Positions 48,742 to 58,439 of a stretch of 64,000 nt of DNA are shown here, piece after piece. The notes under the pieces were generated by a model, which worked only from the letters and a program-made list of their open reading frames with translations, was not told the DNA's origin and made no database searches. Made by a program: the position numbers and the translations under genes. The stretch comes from Bacteroidales bacterium (lineage in GTDB: Bacteria; Bacteroidota; Bacteroidia; Bacteroidales; WRLA01), in contig OY781097.1 of NCBI GenBank assembly GCA_963676415.1, positions 1,282,497 through 1,346,496 on the forward strand, given 5' to 3'. Position 1 is the stretch's first letter. The number at the start of each line of letters is the position of its first letter.

Positions 48742-49356
48742 ATGGTTAAAGCCCGGAGAAACAGAGCAGCGCAAACATCAAATTTTTTTATTGCATTATT
48801 CCTGGGAATTATGCTGACATCCTGCGGCGATTCATATACGCCCCGCCCCTGGGGTTACCACCGCATCAGTATGCCGCAGCACGAGTATCAAAAATTTGAT
48901 ACGGCTTTTGTCCCTTGCACTTTTGATTATCCCACTTATGCCAATGTTCGGCTTGAAGATAAGCAGCCCGATTCAGGTTCCTGGTTTACAATAGATTTTC
49001 CTTATTTCAAAGGAAACCTGTACCTGACTTATAATGCCATAGATGGGGATTTGGGCAAACATCTCGAAGACAGCCGTAAGCTGACCATGAAGCATATCCC
49101 AAAGGCATCAGCCATCGACGAAAAAGTTCTGATTGACAAAGAACGCGATGTTTATGGCCTTCTCTACGATATCGGCGGCAGCGAAACGGCCAGTTCCATG
49201 CAGTTTTACCTCACCGACAGCACCCGGCATTTTCTGAGGGGCGCACTATATTTCTATACGGTGCCCAATAACGACAGCCTGGCTCCCGTATTGGATTTCG
49301 TGCGCAGGGATATTTATCATTTACTTGAAAGCTTCGAATGGAAGCCCCTTGAATAA
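48742..49356 (+). CDS. gldD: Gliding motility lipoprotein GldD
   Basis: Lipobox LTSC; YTPRPWGYHRI; QFYLTDSTRHFLRGALYF; PNNDSLAP. Confidence 0.9.
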   Translation: MVKARRNRAAQTSNFFIALFLGIMLTSCGDSYTPRPWGYHRISMPQHEYQKFDTAFVPCTFDYPTYANVRLEDKQPDSGSWFTIDFPYFKGNLYLTYNAIDGDLGKHLEDSRKLTMKHIPKASAIDEKVLIDKERDVYGLLYDIGGSETASSMQFYLTDSTRHFLRGALYFYTVPNNDSLAPVLDFVRRDIYHLLESFEWKPLE

Positions 49357-49505
49357 CAAGACTTTGCACATTTATCCGCTGAATTTGTCAATTTAGTAAT
49401 GCCCTCCGGTTTCTCCATTTAATCAGTTTTCCTTACTTTTGGCGCAGTTTAGAAAAAATATACGCGGGATGTAGAATTCTGATTTTAATAAAAAAGGGAG
49501 GGCTT

Positions 49506-50417
49506 ATGATTGAAACTTTGAAGATAGGTACCATCAAATGGCACCATATTCTCAACCCCACCGAGGATGATTTACAGTATTTGCAGGACAGCTTTCATTT
49601 CCATGCTTTGGATATCGAAGACTGCCGTTCTGTCCTCAATCAAAGGCCAAAGGTTGATGTTTACGACGATTATTATTTCCTGATCCTGCATTTTCCCTAT
49701 TTCGATAAATCAAACAAATTCCTGAGGACCCGTGAAGAGAAAATCTTCTGGGGCGAGGATTTCGTGATTACCATGGGCCGTGAAGACTGGGTCATGTCGG
49801 AGCGATTCCGCCGTCTTAGCGATAAAGTGGCCAATAAAGAAGAACTGGATATCGGTACTTCTGACCAATTGCTTTACCGCATACTGGAATACCACATGAA
49901 AGTTACTTATGGAATAATACGGCGCACCGGCGATTCCGTTGATGAAGCTGGCCGCCAGCTATTCAGTAAGCGCTCCATTTATACCATCGAAAAAATTTCG
50001 ATTACCCGCAAAAATATCATCCTGCTGAATACTATTTTCAAGCCGCAACTGCCGTTGTTTAACCGTTTCGAAAGCGGTGCAATCGAAGGTTTTGCTCATA
50101 ATATGGAAGATTATTGGGGCAACATCCTCGATTATTACCAAAAAATGTGGGACCTTATCGAAGATTATTCAGAGCTTATTGAAGGTTATTCCAAAACCTT
50201 CGACAGTTTGCAGGCCAATAAAACCAACGAAATCATGAAAATCCTCACACTGATTTCGTCGATTATCCTGCCTTTGACTTTTATTACAGGTCTGTACGGA
50301 ATGAATGTATTGCTCCCCATTCAGGAAAACCCAAACGCTTTTTGGTTTGTTATGGTCGTGATGATCGGTTTGGTTATGGGGATGTTTGCCTATTTCAAAC
50401 GACGAAACTGGATGTAA
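49506..50417 (+). CDS. corA: CorA family Mg2+ transporter
   Basis: QRPKVD and NEIMKILT...GLYGMN motifs; two C-terminal TM segments. Confidence 0.92.
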   Translation: MIETLKIGTIKWHHILNPTEDDLQYLQDSFHFHALDIEDCRSVLNQRPKVDVYDDYYFLILHFPYFDKSNKFLRTREEKIFWGEDFVITMGREDWVMSERFRRLSDKVANKEELDIGTSDQLLYRILEYHMKVTYGIIRRTGDSVDEAGRQLFSKRSIYTIEKISITRKNIILLNTIFKPQLPLFNRFESGAIEGFAHNMEDYWGNILDYYQKMWDLIEDYSELIEGYSKTFDSLQANKTNEIMKILTLISSIILPLTFITGLYGMNVLLPIQENPNAFWFVMVVMIGLVMGMFAYFKRRNWM

Positions 50418-50418
50418 G

Positions 50419-51024
50419 TTATTCTTTTACCAAGGCTTTATTTAGGTCAAAAGGCAAAAAATCAAGGTCTTCCTTAAAAGCCAGCCAGCTTACAATGGCC
50501 ATGGCCGCTTTTTTGTCCATTTTGCCAATTTCTTCACAAAGCAGCAAAGTCAGTTTCTGATGCTTGTCTGTGCCGTCTTTCCTCTTGTCGTGACTTCTCA
50601 TGCGTTCGCGCTCCATAAAGCTGTCCTTCAGTTCAATATCTACCATGCCTTCATTTTTTGAGATACTGATAAAAAACAAACGGACATGTTTCACATGAGA
50701 AGGTTTGAGCAAGGAAGATATTTTTCGCAGTGATCGTTTTTTCATACGTGTGCTGCTCGAAAAAATATAGAGTTCATTATCTAATTTGCTTTCTTTTCTT
50801 TTGCCGTCAATTTTGCCAAAATCCTGCCTTTTTTCTAAAGGAAGGCGGTTAATACGATCCAATAGCAACATCATTTCCTCAACGAAACCATCATAATCAA
50901 CTTTGATTTTATCGTAATTTTCACGGATACGGTCTTTTTTAATTTTTATGCGCTCCGTACTGCCGCGGAAACCCGGTTCTGTTCTCCTGACTTCCCTTTC
51001 CGCTTCTTCAAGCCAATTTCCCAT
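50419..51024 (-). CDS. Hypothetical charged cytoplasmic protein
   Basis: 201-aa ORF filling the gap between corA and the response regulator; no recognisable motif. Confidence 0.65.
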   Translation of the reverse strand: MGNWLEEAEREVRRTEPGFRGSTERIKIKKDRIRENYDKIKVDYDGFVEEMMLLLDRINRLPLEKRQDFGKIDGKRKESKLDNELYIFSSSTRMKKRSLRKISSLLKPSHVKHVRLFFISISKNEGMVDIELKDSFMERERMRSHDKRKDGTDKHQKLTLLLCEEIGKMDKKAAMAIVSWLAFKEDLDFLPFDLNKALVKE

Positions 51025-51205
51025 AACGATCGATTAGTTATGTGTCCAAAATTAATAAAAAATATCATAATCATAGTTTTTGAGGGAAATCCGGGCAAAA
51101 GCTTTGTGTTTTTGCGTTTTTGGAACAAAAAATTCCATAATTTACCTTAACTTAACACCTTCGTTTATAAAATTATATAGTTTCGAGCCCGAAAAATAAT
51201 TCAAT

Positions 51206-51892
51206 ATGGACACTGGCAATTTTAAGATTTTACTTGTGGATGACGAACAGGACATCCTTGAATTTTTAAGCTATAACCTCAAGAAAGAAGGATATACGGT
51301 TTTTACCGCTGATAATGGCAAAGAAGCCATCCGGATATCAGAAAAATCGAAACCACATTTGGTTGTGCTTGATGTGATGATGCCCGAGATGGATGGCATT
51401 GAAACCTGCCGCGAAATAAGGCAAATTCCTGCAATGGCCAATTCGATTATCATTTTCCTGACGGCCAGAGGGGAAGATTATTCGCAAATTGCCGGTTTTG
51501 ATGCCGGAGCCGATGATTATGTGACCAAACCCATAAAGCCCAGGGTTTTGGTAAGCCGCGTAAAAGCACTGCTGCGCCGCTACAAAGAAGATATACCGGA
51601 GCAGAATGTGGTGGATGTCAAAGATTTTGTGATCGACAAAGAAAAATATGTTATTATAAAAGACGGAGAAGAAATCAATTTGCCAAAGAAAGAGTTTGAG
51701 ATTTTACTCCTGCTCACCTCTAAGGTTAATAAGGTTTTTAGCCGCGAAGAGATTTTTGCCCGCGTTTGGGGCGATGATGTGATCGTAGGCGACCGCACTA
51801 TTGATGTTCATGTGCGCAAAATCCGTGAGAAGATTGGCCTGAAGAACATTAAGACGGTAAAAGGTGTTGGATATAAATACGAGCTGGCTTAA
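51206..51892 (+). CDS. OmpR/PhoB family response regulator
   Basis: VDDE, LDVMMP, DDYVTKP and RTIDVHVRKIREK...TVKGVGY motifs. Confidence 0.95.
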   Translation: MDTGNFKILLVDDEQDILEFLSYNLKKEGYTVFTADNGKEAIRISEKSKPHLVVLDVMMPEMDGIETCREIRQIPAMANSIIIFLTARGEDYSQIAGFDAGADDYVTKPIKPRVLVSRVKALLRRYKEDIPEQNVVDVKDFVIDKEKYVIIKDGEEINLPKKEFEILLLLTSKVNKVFSREEIFARVWGDDVIVGDRTIDVHVRKIREKIGLKNIKTVKGVGYKYELA

Positions 51893-51895
51893 TTA

Positions 51896-52038
51896 GTTTC
51901 TGTCCATAATGTCCGATCTCAGCGTTATTTCATTTGCTGTAAACAGTCATTTACTCCAGTAAACTCCTCGTTTCCAGCAAATGAAATGCCTCGACCTCGA
52001 ACATTCTGAATCAGAAACCCGACTTTATAGACAGACAC
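51896..52038. mobile_element. MITE-like structured repeat, unit 1
   Basis: Imperfect 18-bp terminal inverted repeats GTTTCTGTCCATAATGTC / GACTTTATAGACAGACAC; TA flanks; nested internal stems. Confidence 0.6.
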
Positions 52039-52044
52039 TAATTA

Positions 52045-52166
52045 GAGTTCGTCTATAAAGTCTCCCGAAGTTTCGGGATTATTCTTGGTATTGAAACCAG
52101 TCATCCCGTAATTACGGGACTCCTTATTTTCAATATCAAGAATGCCTCGACATATTAGACAAAAAC
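52045..52166. mobile_element. MITE-like structured repeat, unit 2
   Basis: Ends GAGTTCGTCTATAAAGTC / GACATATTAGACAAAAAC; same CAGTCAT, ACTCCT and TGCCTCGAC motifs as unit 1. Confidence 0.6.
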
Positions 52167-52200
52167 TAATGAGTCATTTTTTTATGTTTTAAATTATTCT

Positions 52201-53241
52201 ATGCGTTATACAGATAGCCGTAAGGTTGCGATTTATGCAGCATCGTTCCTTACAACTTTTGTGCTGCTTGTTTTTGTTGTCCTGAATGCGCTTCATGAAG
52301 GAATCCGGTTTTCTTATCTGCTGCCCTTTATATTGCTTTTATTTGTGGCAGCTTACTGGATTATCCGCATCATGGTAGAAAAATATATCTACGAAAAAGT
52401 CCGGGTAATTTATAAATCCATTCTCAGTCTTAAAACACAAAAAGGGAAACTGCCAAAAAATGCTTCTTTTTCGCTCGAAAATGTGAACAAAGATGTGCTT
52501 GAATGGACACAAGACAAAACAAAGGAAATCGACAAATTAAAAGAGCTGGAAGCCTATAGGCGCGAGTATATCGGAAATATCTCCCATGAGCTGAAAACGC
52601 CTATTTTTAATATTCAGGGATATATTTTAACCTTGCTCGATGGCGCATTGAACGATCCGGAAATCAATAAAAAGTACCTGATCCGAACAGAAAAATCAAT
52701 TGAACGGCTTATTGCTATTCTGGAGGATTTGGAGACCATTACACTGCTTGAATCGGCCAAGCTTAAAATGAATTTTACACGTTTTGATGTTGTGGACCTG
52801 GTGCGGGACGTAATCGAAGAACTGGACATGAAAGCACGCAAAAAAGAAGCCCGGATATTTATCCCGGACGAGTTTAACCGGAAAATATTTGTTCGCGCCG
52901 ACCGTGATCGTATTCAGCAGGTTTTTACCAATCTGATCGATAATGCAATAAAATACGGCATTAAAAAAGGCTGCGAGATAAAAGTCAGTTTTTTTGATAT
53001 GGATGAAATGCTGCTTGTTGAAGTAAGCGATAATGGCCCCGGAATTGCCCCCGACGACCTACCGCGCATTTTTGAGCGCTTTTTCCGTACCGATAAAGCC
53101 CGAAGCCGCTCACAGGGCGGAACCGGACTGGGGCTTTCCATTGTAAAGCATATCATGGAAGCGCACGGACAAACAATTAATGTGCGTTCGTCTTTGGGCG
53201 TAGGAACTACTTTTGGAATTACAATGGAAAAAAACCGTTAA
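52201..53241 (+). CDS. PhoR-like sensor histidine kinase
   Basis: 2 TM segments; NISHELKTPIF, NLIDNAIKY, DNGPG and FERFFRTDKARSRSQGGTGLGL motifs. Confidence 0.93.
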   Translation: MRYTDSRKVAIYAASFLTTFVLLVFVVLNALHEGIRFSYLLPFILLLFVAAYWIIRIMVEKYIYEKVRVIYKSILSLKTQKGKLPKNASFSLENVNKDVLEWTQDKTKEIDKLKELEAYRREYIGNISHELKTPIFNIQGYILTLLDGALNDPEINKKYLIRTEKSIERLIAILEDLETITLLESAKLKMNFTRFDVVDLVRDVIEELDMKARKKEARIFIPDEFNRKIFVRADRDRIQQVFTNLIDNAIKYGIKKGCEIKVSFFDMDEMLLVEVSDNGPGIAPDDLPRIFERFFRTDKARSRSQGGTGLGLSIVKHIMEAHGQTINVRSSLGVGTTFGITMEKNR

Positions 53242-53247
53242 TTCAGG

Positions 53248-54591
53248 CTACCGAAAAGACGGAACCTGGTTCTTGGGCTGTTCCCGCTCTTTGACCACTT
53301 TTATAAGATAACCGTTTTTGAAAATGGCCTTCCAGGTGAGCTTTCCTCTTTCGTCCCAAGTTGCCCAGCTGCCATCTTTTGCGCCATTTATATAAGAACC
53401 TTCAGCACTTTTTTTGCCGTTAGCATAGAATTGCGCAAAATATCCCGACGGTTGCGATTTATCAAACTCCTGCACACGCAGAATACGCCCGTCTCCATCA
53501 TAAAACGACCACTTTCCCTCCTTGTTTCCGTCCACCAGGTTTCCCTGCTGAAACATGCTCCCGTTCGAATTGTATTCTGTCCAGAAACCATGCCGCACAT
53601 CATCTTTAAAGCCTCCTTTATAAACCCGTCCGCCCTCTTCATTCCAGTATTCTGCTGCACCGTTTTTTCGGTTTTGAGCATAATGGATGCGGTATTTTTG
53701 CCTGCCGTTGGGATAAAAAGCCTGCCAGATGCCACTCATTTTACCACGGATGAAATCACCTTCATAATTTACCCTGCCTCCTTCATAATAATTTACCCAA
53801 TGGCCATGTTCCTTGTCTTCAAGAAAATAACCTTGATGGTGAATATTCCCGCTTTCATAAAAAACAGTCCATAAACTGTCGCGCAAGCCATTTTTAAAAA
53901 ATCCTTGTTTCCAGATTTCACCGCTTTCATAAAAATAAATCCAGCTTCCTTCTTTTTTCCCTTTTTCAAATCGTCCGGAACTGCCCCTGCGGTTTCCCTG
54001 ATAGTAATATTTCCAAACGCTGTCCTGCAGCCCGAAAACAAGTTTTCCTTCCATCTCCGGAGTGCCGTCGGGGAAATACCAATAGCAATATGAATGCAAG
54101 CTGTCGTCAAGATAACACCCGGAAAACGAGACTGTGCTGTCGGGATAAAAGGCTTTTGTGGGTCCGTTGAGTTTCCCTTCTTTGTAAAGAAATTCCTGCA
54201 TTAGGGCGCCATTATCATGATATTCTTTCCATTGTCCTTCTCTTTTGCCGTTTTGCACCGGGCCTTCCAGAATAATATCGCCGAGCAGTGAATAATTTTG
54301 CCACCATCCATTTTTCAGGTCTTTTTTCCACAAAGTGTCGCCTGTGCGGTAAAATTCAAGCCAGGTTCCGCTTGGTTCGCCCTTAATGTAATTGCCGGTT
54401 TCTTTAATGGTTTTCCCGTCTTCATAATAAAAACGCCACGCTCCTTCGCGTATGGAATCAACAAGCATGCCTTCTTCCTGAATACGTCCTTCAAGCGAAT
54501 CGAGGTAGGTGATTTGATAGCTGGTATCCTGAGCCATAAGGCTTTGTGAAAACAGGACAACAAAAAGAAGGAAAGCGCTAAAACGTTGCAT
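53248..54591 (-). CDS. Secreted MORN-variant repeat protein (YwqK-like)
   Basis: Signal peptide; many GxWxxYYxxG repeats. Confidence 0.85.
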   Translation of the reverse strand: MQRFSAFLLFVVLFSQSLMAQDTSYQITYLDSLEGRIQEEGMLVDSIREGAWRFYYEDGKTIKETGNYIKGEPSGTWLEFYRTGDTLWKKDLKNGWWQNYSLLGDIILEGPVQNGKREGQWKEYHDNGALMQEFLYKEGKLNGPTKAFYPDSTVSFSGCYLDDSLHSYCYWYFPDGTPEMEGKLVFGLQDSVWKYYYQGNRRGSSGRFEKGKKEGSWIYFYESGEIWKQGFFKNGLRDSLWTVFYESGNIHHQGYFLEDKEHGHWVNYYEGGRVNYEGDFIRGKMSGIWQAFYPNGRQKYRIHYAQNRKNGAAEYWNEEGGRVYKGGFKDDVRHGFWTEYNSNGSMFQQGNLVDGNKEGKWSFYDGDGRILRVQEFDKSQPSGYFAQFYANGKKSAEGSYINGAKDGSWATWDERGKLTWKAIFKNGYLIKVVKEREQPKNQVPSFR

Positions 54592-54596
54592 GAGGT

Positions 54597-55571
54597 TTAT
54601 TTTTTTCGTTCAACGGTAAAATTTACAAGATCGGTGAGGGATTTTTTTTCATCCGATTGAGGGAATTCGTCCAGCACACCAATCGCCTGGTCGCGGAATT
54701 CCAGCATTTTGTTGTACGCATAATCAATTCCTCCCGTATCTTTAACACATTGAATCAGTTGCGACACACTTTTGTGGTCTGTATTGTGCTTTTTTACTGT
54801 ATTAATGAGTTTGCGCTTGTCGCTTTTGCTCACATTTTTTAATGTATAAATAAGAGGAAGCGTCATTTTTTGCTCTTTGATATCTATACCATTGGGTTTG
54901 CCGGTTTCCATGCTTTTGGAATAATCGAAAAGATCATCTTTGATTTGAAAAGCCATGCCGGTCAATTCTCCGAAGCGGTGCATTTTTTCTACAGTTTCCT
55001 TGTCCTGTCCGGCAGATGATGCCCCGGAAGCGCAGCAGGATGCAATCAGGGATGCTGTTTTTTTTCGGATGATATCGTAATAGATGTTTTCTTCAATATC
55101 AAGCCGACGGGCCTTTTCGATTTGCAGGAGTTCGCCTTCGCTCATTTCACGTGTAGCGTTTGAAACAATTTTCAACAATTCAAATTCATCGTTCGAGAGC
55201 GCATGCAACAGTCCGCGTGAAAGCAGGTAATCGCCCACTAAAACAGCAATTTTGTTTTTCCATAATGCATTGATGGAGAAAAAACCCCGGCGCATATCCG
55301 AATCGTCCACAACATCATCATGCACCAAAGTTGCGGTATGCAATAATTCAATCAGTGTGGCTGCACGGTAAGTTGATTCGTTAATATTATTAAACACTCC
55401 GGCCGAAAGAAAAACGAAAAGGGGCCGCATTTGCTTTCCTTTGCGCTTTATCAGGTAGCGCATTATCGTATCCAGAAGTGCCACTTTACTTTTGATGGCC
55501 TGTCGAAATTCCTTTTCAAATTCCTTCATATGCTGCCCCACCGGAGCCTTGATCTCGTTCAAAGTACGCAT
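54597..55571 (-). CDS. Polyprenyl diphosphate synthase
   Basis: GKQMRP, LVHDDVVD, RRG, KTA and FQIKDD motifs. Confidence 0.95.
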   Translation of the reverse strand: MRTLNEIKAPVGQHMKEFEKEFRQAIKSKVALLDTIMRYLIKRKGKQMRPLFVFLSAGVFNNINESTYRAATLIELLHTATLVHDDVVDDSDMRRGFFSINALWKNKIAVLVGDYLLSRGLLHALSNDEFELLKIVSNATREMSEGELLQIEKARRLDIEENIYYDIIRKKTASLIASCCASGASSAGQDKETVEKMHRFGELTGMAFQIKDDLFDYSKSMETGKPNGIDIKEQKMTLPLIYTLKNVSKSDKRKLINTVKKHNTDHKSVSQLIQCVKDTGGIDYAYNKMLEFRDQAIGVLDEFPQSDEKKSLTDLVNFTVERKK

Positions 55572-55837
55572 AGCAATGTTTTGAGCGTTCAAATTTAATA
55601 ATTAACCACCTCTTGTTAAAACAGATTAAGCTTTTTAATGTTGTTCCAGTGTAAACTAATTTTGTTTTATAATAATACAACAAAATTGTTTTTATTACTT
55701 TAGTTAAATATTATCCAATTGCCGTTATTTTTAAGTATTATGGCAAGAGGCTGGAATAAAGAGTTTTAGATAATTAATTATTGAAAGCATCGGTAATTTG
55801 GATTTAATCCTTAACTTTACCAAACTGAATCTGTGCT

Positions 55838-57601
55838 ATGACAAAACGTTGGGTATTAAAACAAGATGTTGATCCTAAGAAAGTTAAGGAGCTGTCCGAG
55901 GCGTTGAACATAAATAAGACGCTCGCAAAGCTCCTTGTACAGCGCAATATCCACACTTTTGATGAAGCCCGTAACTTTTTTCGCCCTAATCTGGAACAAT
56001 TACACGATCCTTTTCTGATGAAAGATATGGAAAAGGCCGTATCACGAATTGATGAGGCGATAAAAAATAAAGAAAAAATCCTTGTTTATGGTGATTATGA
56101 TGTTGATGGAACTACGGCAGTAGCCTTGGTTTACACCTTCTTCAAGGATTTCCACAATCAAATAGGTTTTTACATTCCCGACCGCTATTCAGAAGGCTAC
56201 GGAATTTCGTATAAAAGCATTGATTTCGCAGCAGAAAATGATTATAAACTGGTTATAGCATTGGATTGCGGCATCAAAGCTGTTGAAAAAGTGCAGCACG
56301 CCAAAGAAAAAGGGCTTGATTTCATTATCTGCGACCATCACCGCCCCGGTGATACAATTCCCCCAGCTGTTGCTGTTCTGGATGCCAAACGCACCGATTG
56401 CAATTATCCTTATGATGAGCTCTCGGGCTGTGGCGTTGGTTTTAAACTTATTCAGGCTTATTCCAAAAAATACGAACTGCCTTTCGAAAACCTGATCCAA
56501 TATCTGGATTTGGTGGTGGTTAGCATTGCATCTGACATTGTGCCTATTACGGGCGAAAACCGCATACTCGCCTATTATGGCCTTAAATTGCTGAATTCAA
56601 ATCCACGGCCGGGTTTGCAGGCAATATTAAACCTGGCCAATTTGGGCAAAACCAATGGCAATACGAATAAAATTACGCGTAATCTTGGTATTTCCGACCT
56701 GGTGTTTATGGTGGGCCCCCGCATTAATGCTGCAGGACGTATTGAAACCGGAAATAATTCCGTGGAACTGCTCATTGCAAATAAATCTGAAGAAGCAGGC
56801 AGAATGGCCGACCTGATCAATGAATGCAATAATGAGCGGCGCAGCCTTGATAGCCTGACAACAACTTCTGCACTCGAAAAAATTGGCGAGAACGAAGATC
56901 TGAGAAAAGGGAAAGCAACCATAGTTTATGACCCTGAATGGCACAAAGGCGTAATCGGGATTGTTGCCAGCAGGCTCACCGAGGTTTATTACAAGCCGAC
57001 CATCGTTTTTTGTAAATCCAACGGGCTAATTACCGGCTCGGCACGTTCTGTAAAGGATTTTGATATTTATGACGCCATTGATGCCTGTAGTGATCTACTC
57101 GAACATTTTGGAGGACACAAATATGCGGCAGGGCTTTCTCTAAAACCGGAGAAGCTCGGGGCTTTCCAAAAACGCTTCATGCAAATTGTTGAAGATACCA
57201 TTACCGAAGAAATGATGATACCGGAGATTGAAATTGATGCCGAAATCAATTTAACGGACATCAGTCCTAAATTCTTCAGGATCCTCAGGCAATTTGCTCC
57301 TTTCGGCCCTGGAAATATGTCGCCGGTTTTCCGTACACGCCGCCTTATTGATACCGGGTTCAGCAGGATTGTGGGCAAAAACCACATCAAACTTTCTGTT
57401 GTCCATCCGCATATTTCCGGATTTCCTGTTTCCGGAATTGCCTTCCAGCTCGGTGATCATTTTGATGTTGTAAAAAGCAACCAGCCGTTTTCGCTCTGTT
57501 ATCATCTCGAAGAAAACGAATGGAACGGAAAAGTCAGCTTACAACTGAATGTAAAAGATATTAAGCCGGATTATGGTGATGAATACGGATATCCGTATTA
57601 A
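55838..57601 (+). CDS. recJ: Single-stranded-DNA-specific exonuclease RecJ
   Basis: YGDYDVDG, DCG, DHH, PRINAAGR, GSARS and GGHKYAAG motifs. Confidence 0.97.
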   Translation: MTKRWVLKQDVDPKKVKELSEALNINKTLAKLLVQRNIHTFDEARNFFRPNLEQLHDPFLMKDMEKAVSRIDEAIKNKEKILVYGDYDVDGTTAVALVYTFFKDFHNQIGFYIPDRYSEGYGISYKSIDFAAENDYKLVIALDCGIKAVEKVQHAKEKGLDFIICDHHRPGDTIPPAVAVLDAKRTDCNYPYDELSGCGVGFKLIQAYSKKYELPFENLIQYLDLVVVSIASDIVPITGENRILAYYGLKLLNSNPRPGLQAILNLANLGKTNGNTNKITRNLGISDLVFMVGPRINAAGRIETGNNSVELLIANKSEEAGRMADLINECNNERRSLDSLTTTSALEKIGENEDLRKGKATIVYDPEWHKGVIGIVASRLTEVYYKPTIVFCKSNGLITGSARSVKDFDIYDAIDACSDLLEHFGGHKYAAGLSLKPEKLGAFQKRFMQIVEDTITEEMMIPEIEIDAEINLTDISPKFFRILRQFAPFGPGNMSPVFRTRRLIDTGFSRIVGKNHIKLSVVHPHISGFPVSGIAFQLGDHFDVVKSNQPFSLCYHLEENEWNGKVSLQLNVKDIKPDYGDEYGYPY

Positions 57602-57607
57602 GCTATT

Positions 57608-58300
57608 TTAACTTCCGCTGCGCAGGCTATCTACTGCTTTTCCTATTTCATCGAGATGCACCATGCTTTCCACATCATAAAAGACATTTAAAATCAGGTA
57701 AGCACCAAAAACCACGAGGATTAAGCCTACGATCCTGTTTATCACAGTTACGATCCTTGGCGTCATCAGCGTTTTAATGCGGTGGGCAATAAAGCATTTC
57801 AATGTGTCGGTTGCCAGCACTGTCAGCAAAGTTCCTGCAAAAAAAGAGGTGACTGCTTTCCAATCGGCCTGATAGGATGAGCTTACGGTTACCATTGCAG
57901 TGAGCCAAACAAACCAAACTCCGGGATTGGCAATGTTCAGAAAGTAGCCTTTGGTGACATAAACCATCGGGTGCTTGGGGCGGTTACCGTTTTTTTCAGC
58001 CTCTTCCTTACTTTGTATGCTTACTTTGCGCGTAAACGTTACTGTGCCAAAAATAATGAGAATAATGCCTCCAATCATTCCAAACCACATGTTTTCACGG
58101 GGATCGTGCCCTAAAACCTGCGATATACCTAAATAGGCCAGGGCCAAAACCGTTACATCACTCAGGAATATCCCTGAAGCAATAAAAAGACCGCTTTTAA
58201 ATCCCCTGTGGATACTGGTTTGAAGCAATACCAACAAAGCCGGGCCAACGATTAGAGCCAAAGTTATACCAACAAAAACACCATTAACTACAGGTAACAT
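57608..58300 (-). CDS. LysE family translocator
   Basis: VGPALLVLLQTSIHRG and LNIANP motifs; about 6 TM segments. Confidence 0.85.
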   Translation of the reverse strand: MLPVVNGVFVGITLALIVGPALLVLLQTSIHRGFKSGLFIASGIFLSDVTVLALAYLGISQVLGHDPRENMWFGMIGGIILIIFGTVTFTRKVSIQSKEEAEKNGNRPKHPMVYVTKGYFLNIANPGVWFVWLTAMVTVSSSYQADWKAVTSFFAGTLLTVLATDTLKCFIAHRIKTLMTPRIVTVINRIVGLILVVFGAYLILNVFYDVESMVHLDEIGKAVDSLRSGS

Positions 58301-58439
58301 AAACAGGGCTTAATACTAAAGCGCACAAAATTAAACGTTTTTATTGAAAAGCTGTTTTAAAACTAAGCTAATTCTGTCCTGCCCCGGCTTTTCCATATTG
58401 GCATTCCTTCGTATTTTTGCCCAACAAACAATTTGCCCG

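Noticed and set aside
51893-52170. Mini CRISPR array
   Set aside because: Only two units with internal inverted symmetry, no constant repeat/unique spacer periodicity, and no cas genes in the window.
53248-54591. YwqK-type antitoxin of a TA system
   Set aside because: No adjacent toxin and it has a signal peptide; better explained as a generic MORN-repeat protein.
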